Shown here: positions 1-8,257 of the stretch, in pieces
How the letters are laid out: each line of letters opens with the position of its first letter
How positions within the stretch are numbered: the stretch's first letter is position 1
From: an uncultured delta proteobacterium
Lineage (GTDB): Bacteria; Desulfobacterota; Desulfomonilia; Desulfomonilales; Desulfomonilaceae
DNA: 64,000 nucleotides
NCBI GenBank assembly: GCA_963789265.1
Contig: CAWBKB010000001.1
Coordinates: 384,001 to 448,000 of the forward strand
Direction of reading: 5' to 3'
Position numbers and translations under genes: made by a program
Notes under the pieces: model-generated
Seen by the model: only the letters and a program-made list of their open reading frames with translations
What the model was told of the DNA's origin: nothing
Database searches by the model: none

Positions 1-1437
1 CAGGCGAGCTGCACGGCTGGCCGCGCGTCATTCATTACCGGGCGTATTCCAATCCGCTCAGCGCTCTCGGTCGTGGTGGCGCCGGGCGACCGGAACTTCC
101 TCAGAAAGGAAACTCCGACTATCGCCGAATTCTTCAAGAAGAACGGCTACCAGACGTACTTCTCGGGCAAGTGGCACCTGGGAGACACGCCTGTGGCCTA
201 TCCGATCGAGCACGGGTTCGACGAGATGAAGGCCTTTGCTGCGTACTATCCAGGCGTATACACCTATAGCAATACCTCGACGTGGTTTCACCCCTGGTTC
301 CCGTCCTTCAACAAGGAATACGCAAAGGCGTATTTCGAGGTCGTAAACATGTTCGAGTGGGAGGGCGTTGCCGGCAAGCCTGCCAAGAAGGTAGCGGAAA
401 TCAACTGGGATTACCTGGCTAACTTTGACGTTCGCCAGGCTGATTTCGCTATCGAGTACATTAAGAAGCATTCGAAGGACAGCAAGCCGTTCTTTATGGA
501 CATTAACTTTATGAAGATGCACAACCCTAACAACCCGGCTCCAAAATTCGCGGGCAAGAGTCGCCTGGGCCGGTACTCCGATTCCATGCTGGAACTCGAT
601 GACAACATCGGCCGAATCATGGATGTCATCCGTGCTGAAGCCCCTAACACGATCGTCATTCTGACCGCGGACAACGGCGCGTGGCAGGACGCCTGGCCAG
701 ATGCCGGGACTATTCCGTTCCGCGGAGAAAAAGGCACGCCATTTGAAGCCGGATTCCGAGTCCCGGGCCTGATGTGGTGGCCGAAGCATATCCCGGCGGA
801 TGCACGGTACCACGAGATGATGTCCCATATCGACTGCTGGGCGACGCTGGCTACCATGGCCGGACTGACACCTCCGCCGCACGGCGCGTGGCAAGACAAT
901 AACGGCAAGCCAATCTACTTTGACAGCATCGATAACAGCGCGTACATCCTTGGCAAGGCGAAACACTCCGCCCGCAAATCGTGGATCTATATCAACGGCG
1001 AGGCGCTCGGGGCCGTACGGGCGGACATTGGCGACGATCCCGCCAACCCCGACCTGAACATTGCGTGGAAGTACGTGTTCACGTCAAAGGATACGTGGCT
1101 TGGCCCGACCTTGAATTCGGGCGGTATCGGTGCGCTTTACAACCTCACGATGGATCCGTTCGAGAAGTACGACATGATCTTCAACGGAGCGGTCGCCACA
1201 CGGTCAACGACGACCTCGCCGGGCCGATATGCGGGGATGGATAACGGCTGGGCCTTATCGCTTATCCAGCCGGTCCTCATGGAGTTCGACAAATCCATCG
1301 TGGACTTCCCGAGTATCAAGCGGTTCCCGGGAGGTGCTTCCAACGATCAGATCCCGAATCTGCAGAACCCGGCTAATCCGGTACCGTTGCTGGATATGAA
1401 GAACCCCCCAAAGGTAATGGGCGGTATGGAGGACTAG
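1..1437 (+). CDS. Arylsulfatase (Cys-type), 5'-truncated by window edge
   Basis: Frame 1 from base 1 reads QASCTAGRASFITGRIPIR (CxAxR sulfatase motif), then GKWHLG, DNG and FEAGFRVP motifs; paralog of 2157-3761. Confidence 0.95.
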   Translation, partial: QASCTAGRASFITGRIPIRSALSVVVAPGDRNFLRKETPTIAEFFKKNGYQTYFSGKWHLGDTPVAYPIEHGFDEMKAFAAYYPGVYTYSNTSTWFHPWFPSFNKEYAKAYFEVVNMFEWEGVAGKPAKKVAEINWDYLANFDVRQADFAIEYIKKHSKDSKPFFMDINFMKMHNPNNPAPKFAGKSRLGRYSDSMLELDDNIGRIMDVIRAEAPNTIVILTADNGAWQDAWPDAGTIPFRGEKGTPFEAGFRVPGLMWWPKHIPADARYHEMMSHIDCWATLATMAGLTPPPHGAWQDNNGKPIYFDSIDNSAYILGKAKHSARKSWIYINGEALGAVRADIGDDPANPDLNIAWKYVFTSKDTWLGPTLNSGGIGALYNLTMDPFEKYDMIFNGAVATRSTTTSPGRYAGMDNGWALSLIQPVLMEFDKSIVDFPSIKRFPGGASNDQIPNLQNPANPVPLLDMKNPPKVMGGMED

Positions 1438-1462
1438 CTACCGTTAGCTTGATTTAAAGGTA

Positions 1463-1498
1463 ACTTAGCGGGCGGTCCGCAAGGGCTGCCCGCTAAGT
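1463..1498 (+). terminator. GC-rich hairpin after sulfatase, likely terminator or RNA-stability stem
   Basis: ACTTAGCGGGCGGTCC-GCAA-GGGCTGCCCGCTAAGT inverted repeat; weak U tract. Confidence 0.55.
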
Positions 1499-1570
1499 GT
1501 CCGTTTTGGCACTGCACTTGTCCGAAGCAATTCATTTAGGGCTGCATATCCCCGCAGAGAAGTCAGAAAG

Positions 1571-2029
1571 ATGATGCGCGTCTTTGTGCTTCTGTCTCTC
1601 GCCCTGCTGGCGTGTTTCTCACTCGAGCCGCAAGGATCACCAGCCGGCAATCCCTCGCTGGAAGGGAGCAGTGCAAAAGATTCTTCAACAGAAGGTCAAC
1701 AGGCTCAAAGTCCGAGGGAGTTTATAGAATCTCGTTTGGGTGGCAAGATAATAAAACTCGAAAGAGATCCTGAGGCATTGCTGAGGGCCGTGTTGTTCGT
1801 CGAACGAAACGGCTCCGTCACCCAACACGTATTGAAAGTAGGCCTGAACTCCAAGACAGATCTGCGGGAGGTGAGGATCGTAACGCCCAACGGGAACTCG
1901 ATAGGGGTCCCACCGTTGGTCGTTATGCCTCGGTCGCTGGTCTCTCCGTGCTGGTCCCGTTGCAAGGACAAATGCGGTCAAGGCACTGATTGTCTTGTGG
2001 CATGCTTGTTTGATTGCATTGTCGATTGA
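1571..2029 (+). CDS. Secreted (possibly lipo-) protein with C-terminal CX3CX3CX5CX3CX3C motif, copy 1
   Basis: Hydrophobic N-terminus ending LLAC; paralog at 7620-8090 keeps the frame and all six Cys. Confidence 0.8.
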   Translation: MMRVFVLLSLALLACFSLEPQGSPAGNPSLEGSSAKDSSTEGQQAQSPREFIESRLGGKIIKLERDPEALLRAVLFVERNGSVTQHVLKVGLNSKTDLREVRIVTPNGNSIGVPPLVVMPRSLVSPCWSRCKDKCGQGTDCLVACLFDCIVD

Positions 2030-2156
2030 GATCATGTGAGGGGTGAGCGTCTTCGGGGGCGCTCACTTCTCTGTGATCATTCCACGGCTGCTGCGAGGGA
2101 GGCTGCCAAGACTCCTCGCAGTTGCATTAGACTGTGATAGTGAAAGGAGGATATTT

Positions 2157-3761
2157 ATGGACTTGGCTAAACTGGCAAGAGTTCCTCTGCTCGCCGGACT
2201 GATTGTCCTCAGCTCCTGCCTGGCATTAGGTCCCGCGCTCGCGCAAGAAAAGAAAGCTCAGCCAGCCTCGGCTGATGCCAAGAAACCGAACATTGTCATG
2301 ATCATGACCGATGATGTCGGCTGGGGCGATCTGGGCTGTTACGGGGGAGGAGTGATGCGGGGCGCGCCCACTCCCAATCTGGATCGTCTGGCGGCCGAAG
2401 GGATGCGCTTCGTCAACTACTACGGTCAGGCCAGTTGCACCGCAGGCCGAGCTTCGTTCATCACGGGCCGGATCCCCATCCGGACTTCTCTGTCCTCCGT
2501 CCTAGTCCCGGGGGACCCCAACGGCCTGACCAAAAAGACCCCCACCATCGCACAGTATCTGAAACGGGCAGGGTACACGACGGTGCAACTGGGCAAGTGG
2601 CACCTCGGCGACCGGCCGGAGAATTTTCCCACCGCCAACGGATTTGACGAGATGTATTACATGCTCCCTTATTACGCGGGGGTTTATGCCTACGACTACC
2701 TGCCGCTGCACCCCAACTTCCCGGCAAAAGATGCGAAGTTCATGGCAGCGTGGAACAAAATGAATTTGGCCATGTGGGAAGGAAAGGCGGGAGAACCACC
2801 CAAAATTGTGAAGAAAAAGTTCGGTTACAAGGACTTGGCGACCGGGGATGACGATATGCGGTCCAAGGCTATCCAATGGATCAAGCAGCACGCCAAGGAC
2901 CCCAAACCATTTTTCCTCTATCTCTGCTTCCAGAAGGTACACAACCCCAACAATCCTTCCCCGCGCTGGAAAGGTAAGTCTCCCGGTGGCGGCAATTACC
3001 TTGATGCGCTCATGGAACTTGATGACAACTCGGGCCAGGTCGTTCAGGCGATTCGGGATCTGGGCATCGCTGAAAACACCATTGTCATCTGGACCACGGA
3101 CAATGGCGCATGGATTGACGCTTGGCCCGATGCGGGGTACACGCCGTTTCGCGGAATGAAGGGATCATCATTCGAAGGTGGGTTCCGGGTACCGGCAATC
3201 GCCTGGTGGCCGGGAAAGATCAAGGCTGGTTCCGTGAACACGGACATGTTTTCCCACATGGATTGGTGGCCGACCCTAAGCCGGATTATAGGCATAGAGC
3301 CCCCGCCTAGAGAGTGGAAGGATAACGAAGGTCAACCCATAATTTTCGACGGGATCGATCTCAGCGATTCGCTGCTCGGCAAGGGCCCGGGCAAGCGCGA
3401 GACATTTATCTTCTTCAACGACCAATCCTTCGGCGGGGTTCGTGTGAAGAATTTCAAGGCGCTCTGGACGGCCAAAGACACCTGGCTCGGACCGGATCTC
3501 TTCATGAAGACCCCCGCGATCTATGACCTCCGCTGGGACCCCGGCGAGCAGTACGACATGCTTTTCAACGGAGCCGCTCCAACGCGTGGGGACCTGAAGT
3601 CCTCACCTGGCCGGTTCTCCGGTTCCGATAACGGCTGGATCGCGTTGTTTGTCGGAAGTTTTGCCGCGCCGTTCTTCGAGGAGCTCAAAAAGTTCCCGAA
3701 CATTCCCTATAAACCGTACGGGCCGGGTTTCACCGAGATCATTCCGCGTCAGTACAAGTAG
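2157..3761 (+). CDS. Arylsulfatase (Cys-type), signal peptide
   Basis: AAGGAGG RBS before ATG 2157; KPNIVMIMTDD, SCTAGRASF, GKWHLG motifs. Confidence 0.95.
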   Translation: MDLAKLARVPLLAGLIVLSSCLALGPALAQEKKAQPASADAKKPNIVMIMTDDVGWGDLGCYGGGVMRGAPTPNLDRLAAEGMRFVNYYGQASCTAGRASFITGRIPIRTSLSSVLVPGDPNGLTKKTPTIAQYLKRAGYTTVQLGKWHLGDRPENFPTANGFDEMYYMLPYYAGVYAYDYLPLHPNFPAKDAKFMAAWNKMNLAMWEGKAGEPPKIVKKKFGYKDLATGDDDMRSKAIQWIKQHAKDPKPFFLYLCFQKVHNPNNPSPRWKGKSPGGGNYLDALMELDDNSGQVVQAIRDLGIAENTIVIWTTDNGAWIDAWPDAGYTPFRGMKGSSFEGGFRVPAIAWWPGKIKAGSVNTDMFSHMDWWPTLSRIIGIEPPPREWKDNEGQPIIFDGIDLSDSLLGKGPGKRETFIFFNDQSFGGVRVKNFKALWTAKDTWLGPDLFMKTPAIYDLRWDPGEQYDMLFNGAAPTRGDLKSSPGRFSGSDNGWIALFVGSFAAPFFEELKKFPNIPYKPYGPGFTEIIPRQYK

Positions 3762-3880
3762 GTCTAACGGCTCCGAGCTGACTGCATTCGGGGCAACGGA
3801 CGCTTTGCAACCATACTGTCCATCGTCGGGGAGCAAATCTTTCCCGACGATGGTCTTGCGGATATCCCGCCATCGACAGG

Positions 3881-4903
3881 ATGAACGTCATGAGACCGCT
3901 GCATATTAAGTTGACCACCACGTTGCTGGCGTTCTGGTTCATTGCCACAGTCCAGGCCGCGGACCCTTTGCTATCGTGGAATGACGGACAGGCCAAGCAA
4001 GCGATTATTCAGTTCGTGAAGGACACCACCGACAAGTCCGGTCCCAAGTACGTCCCTCCCGAAGACCGCATCGCCACCTTTGACCAGGACGGCACCCTGT
4101 GGGTGGAGCATCCAATGTACACACAGATGATCTACTGCCTGGAACAAGTCCCGGCGGTGGCCAAGGCTAAGCCTGAACTGGCCAACGTTGAGCCGTTCAA
4201 GACCGTGCTGTCCGGTGACAAGAAAGCGATTGCGAGGTTCACGAAGAAGGACTTTGAGAAGATCCTCGCGGCCACGCTCACCGGAATGACCGTGGATGAG
4301 TTCAACGCCGAAGTGAAGAAGTGGATCCTAATGGCCAAGCACCCGCGCTGGAATCGCCCCTACACCGAACTGGTCTATCAGCCGATGCTCGAATTGATGC
4401 AGTACTTGCGTGCCAACGGGTACAAGACTTACATCGTCACCGGCGGAGCCCAGGACTTTGTGCGCGTCTACTCCGAGGAGGCGTACGGTGTTCCACCCGA
4501 GCAGGTGGTGGGCACCGCAGGTAGGACGAATTACGGTTACGCGAAGGATGGCAGGCCGACACTCACGAAAGAGCCCAAACTCCTACTCAACGACGATAAC
4601 GCCGGCAAGCCCGAGGGAATTCACCTTATGATAGGCCGCCGGCCCCACGCTGCGTTCGGTAACTCGGACGGCGACCGGCAGATGCTTGAGTACACGAAGG
4701 CCGGCGGCGGGGCGCGGTTGTCGATGATTGTGCTGCACGACGATGCGAAGCGCGAGTATGCTTACGGACCGGCCCGAGGGCTGCCTGATACCAAGGTGGG
4801 CACTTTTACACCGGCGCTGTATGACGAAGCCAACAATAAGGGCTGGATCGTGATCAGTATGAAGAAAGACTGGAAGGTCATCTTTCGGTTCGAGATGAAA
4901 TGA
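3881..4903 (+). CDS. Secreted HAD-family hydrolase (non-specific acid phosphatase-like)
   Basis: FDQDGTLW (DxDGT) motif, GNSDGD motif, signal peptide. Confidence 0.9.
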   Translation: MNVMRPLHIKLTTTLLAFWFIATVQAADPLLSWNDGQAKQAIIQFVKDTTDKSGPKYVPPEDRIATFDQDGTLWVEHPMYTQMIYCLEQVPAVAKAKPELANVEPFKTVLSGDKKAIARFTKKDFEKILAATLTGMTVDEFNAEVKKWILMAKHPRWNRPYTELVYQPMLELMQYLRANGYKTYIVTGGAQDFVRVYSEEAYGVPPEQVVGTAGRTNYGYAKDGRPTLTKEPKLLLNDDNAGKPEGIHLMIGRRPHAAFGNSDGDRQMLEYTKAGGGARLSMIVLHDDAKREYAYGPARGLPDTKVGTFTPALYDEANNKGWIVISMKKDWKVIFRFEMK

Positions 4904-7587
4904 GAACTGGATTTTACATGAAACGTTTCCTGAAAACAAGTCTGAAAATTTATGAGCACGAGGTTACACGGTTCACGTGGCTTGCGGTGATCTTCTTTGC
5001 AGTCTTCTTCGTGACGGCGATCTTCCGCAACTACGTGGATACGGCATTTCTCAAGCGGTACGGGCCCAATTACATACCTTGGATGCTGGTAATAGGTGCT
5101 CTTCTGACTATGGTCGTGCTGGGTTTTGCCGATCGCATTGCGAAACGCTTTACGGACACGTATCTGATGACCCTTGTTTTGGCGGGATACGCGGCAAGTG
5201 TTACTTTATGCTGGCTCATGGTCAAGTCCAAATTCACCATCGTTTACCCGATCCTTTACCAGTTCATGGTGTTGCTGGACTCCATATTGCTCGTTTACCT
5301 CTGGAACATAGCCGGCGACTTGTTCGACGCTCGCCAGGGAAAGCGAATTTTTCCGCTTGTGACCGCAGCCCAAGTCTTGGGAACCACGGTCGGCAGTTTT
5401 CTGACCAAGCCGATCACCATTACCATTGGAGAAGATGCAGCGCTTTTGGTCTTTGCAGTGGTCTTTTTTCTCACCGCGCTCTTCATGGTCAAGACTAGCC
5501 GGAACATCGTAGGGGAACCCAAGCCGAAAAAAACTGCTGCCGACACGAGCGTGGAGAAGAAACGTCTGGCCGAAGTTCCCGGCATTATGAAGCAATTCCC
5601 CATAGTTCGCTATCTAATCATTTGCGGATTGATTCCCAACATACTCTTGCCCATATTCTCCTACCAGTTTAGCGTGATCGCCAATCACAGCTTTGCTTCC
5701 GAACAGAGCCTGATCACTTTTCTCAGTGTGTTCCGAGGATCAACCACCCTAGTCACTTTTGTGATCCTCTTTTTCGTGGGACGCCTGTATACGAGGATGG
5801 GGTTGCCGAATGCGTCACTGGTTCATCCCATTAACTTTACAATTACGTTTGGGGCTCTTACCGCCTTTTTCAATATTTACGCGGCGGCTTACGGCCAGTT
5901 CACCGCTATCCTAATCCAGCGGGCCATCTCAGGACCGGTGAACAAGATCCTTTTCAGCGTTGTTCCAAAAGCACTCGCTTCCTGGAGCCGAACCTTCATC
6001 AGGGGCACGGTGCTCAAGATCGGTATGCTTACCGGTTCCTTGCTTATGATTTTTCTGAAACCGGTCATGACACCCCGGGACTTCGCTTACATTGCGGTGG
6101 TCCTTGCCGCTTACTGGGTGTTTGAGACTCTCGTGTTCAGAAAAGAGTACAAACGCATACTCAAGCAGGTTATCGTTGCTGGGAAAATCGATTATGACCA
6201 GATCGAGGCAGTTCGTACCTTCGATGCGGGTGGTGCTCCCATGGGACTTGAATCTCACGCAGTTGAAAGGCCTCTGGAAGAAAGAGCCGAAGAGGAAGCG
6301 AAGCCTCCTGCCCACATGGCTCCGGATTTGGCGTTGAAAATGTTGGACGACTCCAGTCCTAGCGTTCGTATCGAGGCTGCCCTTGCCCTGGCCGTGAATC
6401 CTGACATGAGGGCGGTGAGAAAGCTCATCAAATGTCTGGAAGACCTGGACGACAAGGTTCGAGCCGCCGGGATAGATGCACTCATCGCTTATCCGCGGGA
6501 TATCCTTCCATCTTTGGAGACCTCTCTCCTGGACGCGAGTCCGAGGGGAAAGCAGACCATTCTTGAGGTTATCCGATTATCGCCGAGCATCAGCGATTTC
6601 GAGATGGCCCACCTGTTGGGCCGATCCGTCGAGGAGGCATATGGAAACCTCATTGTGATCAGGCGATTGCAGAGACTGGAACAGCATCCGAGTGTCCAAA
6701 TGCTGAACCAGCACCTTCTGGCGCGAAATGAAGAGATTCTCGGGCTCCTGTTCTATGGCTTGTGGGTTTATCACGCTGACATGCGGCTCATGTACCAGGC
6801 TCTCAAATCTGAGAACGCCTCGGTCGCAATAGAAATGGTCGAGACCTCGATCAGAGGGCAAAACCTTCCCTACCTCATACCCCTCATCGACGACTTACCG
6901 CTGGACGAAAAGATCCAGAAAGGACGCAAGCTTTTCAATCTGGTCTCCAGAGACGATGTGGAGCTACTTCTCACCCAGCTTGCCCATTCGGAAGACCGGT
7001 TCACCAGGATACTGGCCGTCTACGTCATGGGCGATCTCTTGCCCAATCCGGCTTTCATACCGGTGATCGAATCCCGCTTGGAAGACGAGGATCCTTTTGT
7101 GCGGCAGGTTGCGGAATATGCAGCGGCCAAAGCCATGGGAAAGGAGGCTCAAATGCCTGACATAATTGACATCATCAATAAATTAAAGATGTTTTCCCTT
7201 TTTCAGGGACTGGGCAACAGAGAACTCCATGCCATCGCCTCTGTTGCGATGCCACAACAATTGCACGCCGGGGATATCATTATCAGGGCCGGAGAGGATA
7301 ATCCATCCATTTATCTGGTGCTCTCGGGCAAGATCGTCATTTACCAGGATTACGAGACGCCTCAGCAGAAGGAAGTCAGGACGACGGAGGCGGACGGGTA
7401 CCTCAACTTTGTGCCGATGTTTACCAATCTCCCGCCTGCGAACACTTCAGTGGTAATAGAGGATGCTGAGGTACTGGTGCTTCCCCAGGGTCAACTCCAT
7501 GAGATCATGAGGGTGTATCCACAAATCGGCCTAAACATGCTGAAACTTGCGGCCATGATATTCAGGCAATTGGGCTATACGGCTTAA
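4900..7587 (+). CDS. Npt1/Npt2 (ATP/ADP translocase-like, MFS) transporter fused to HEAT repeats and a cNMP-binding domain
   Basis: About 12 TM segments with DLFDARQGKRIFPL motif; HEAT-like repeats (LDDSSPSVRIEAA, LEDEDPFVRQVA); C-terminal SLFQGL...IIRAGE...IYLVLSGKI cNMP fold. Start may be ATG 4918. Confidence 0.85.
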   Translation: MRTGFYMKRFLKTSLKIYEHEVTRFTWLAVIFFAVFFVTAIFRNYVDTAFLKRYGPNYIPWMLVIGALLTMVVLGFADRIAKRFTDTYLMTLVLAGYAASVTLCWLMVKSKFTIVYPILYQFMVLLDSILLVYLWNIAGDLFDARQGKRIFPLVTAAQVLGTTVGSFLTKPITITIGEDAALLVFAVVFFLTALFMVKTSRNIVGEPKPKKTAADTSVEKKRLAEVPGIMKQFPIVRYLIICGLIPNILLPIFSYQFSVIANHSFASEQSLITFLSVFRGSTTLVTFVILFFVGRLYTRMGLPNASLVHPINFTITFGALTAFFNIYAAAYGQFTAILIQRAISGPVNKILFSVVPKALASWSRTFIRGTVLKIGMLTGSLLMIFLKPVMTPRDFAYIAVVLAAYWVFETLVFRKEYKRILKQVIVAGKIDYDQIEAVRTFDAGGAPMGLESHAVERPLEERAEEEAKPPAHMAPDLALKMLDDSSPSVRIEAALALAVNPDMRAVRKLIKCLEDLDDKVRAAGIDALIAYPRDILPSLETSLLDASPRGKQTILEVIRLSPSISDFEMAHLLGRSVEEAYGNLIVIRRLQRLEQHPSVQMLNQHLLARNEEILGLLFYGLWVYHADMRLMYQALKSENASVAIEMVETSIRGQNLPYLIPLIDDLPLDEKIQKGRKLFNLVSRDDVELLLTQLAHSEDRFTRILAVYVMGDLLPNPAFIPVIESRLEDEDPFVRQVAEYAAAKAMGKEAQMPDIIDIINKLKMFSLFQGLGNRELHAIASVAMPQQLHAGDIIIRAGEDNPSIYLVLSGKIVIYQDYETPQQKEVRTTEADGYLNFVPMFTNLPPANTSVVIEDAEVLVLPQGQLHEIMRVYPQIGLNMLKLAAMIFRQLGYTA

Positions 7588-7619
7588 GACTTTCACTTAG
7601 TCGTGAGGAGTTCAAAAAG

Positions 7620-8090
7620 ATGCGTACTTATTTACTTCTTTCCGTTGCCCTGCTGACGACTGTCACGTTTCATGCCCAAGGCACATCGAACAACGATAAG
7701 TCTTCCGGGAGAAGCGTTGCAAAAGAGTCCTCGGCAGACCCTGAACAAGCTCAAAGTCCGAGGGAGTACATAGAATCTCGTTTGGGTGGCAAGATAATAA
7801 AACTCGAAAGAGATCCTGAGGCATTGCCGAGGGCCGTGTTGTTCGTCGAACGAAACGGCTCCGTCACCCGACACGTATTGAAGGTAGGCCTGAACTCCAA
7901 GACAGATCTGCGGGAGGTGAGGATTGTAACGCCCAATGCCGATAAGAGGGGATTCCCACCAGTGGTCGTAATCCCCCGGGCACTGATCTCCCCATGCTGG
8001 TTCCGTTGCAAGAACAAATGCGGCCTGGATACTCAGTGCCGCGTACGATGCTTGTTTGACTGCATTGTCTCTAAAGAAGCGGCAAAGTGA
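7620..8090 (+). CDS. Secreted six-cysteine protein, copy 2
   Basis: Signal peptide; 188-bp core 182/188 identical to 1703-1890; same Cys spacing. Confidence 0.8.
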   Translation: MRTYLLLSVALLTTVTFHAQGTSNNDKSSGRSVAKESSADPEQAQSPREYIESRLGGKIIKLERDPEALPRAVLFVERNGSVTRHVLKVGLNSKTDLREVRIVTPNADKRGFPPVVVIPRALISPCWFRCKNKCGLDTQCRVRCLFDCIVSKEAAK

Positions 8091-8102
8091 AAGGAGAAGT
8101 AT

Positions 8103-8168
8103 ATGAGCAACTTAGTAGTTATCCGGTACGATGATGAGTTCAAGGCGGAAGAGGCCGATCGGCAGTAA
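8103..8168 (+). pseudogene. N-terminal relic of a DUF1269-like membrane protein
   Basis: AAGGAG RBS then MSNLVVIRYDDEFKAEEADRQ*, resembling the typical DUF1269 N-terminus; stops after 21 aa. Confidence 0.55.
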
Positions 8169-8257
8169 CGGCCGGCGGAAGAGTAGGCAGCCCCGCAGGG
8201 GACAGCCAGCGACTTCGAAGGCGACCGAACAACACAACACACTAAAGGAAGCAAACG

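Noticed and set aside
1703..7936. Diversity-generating retroelement TR/VR pair
   Set aside because: Mismatches are not adenine-specific, both copies are coding, and no reverse transcriptase is present.
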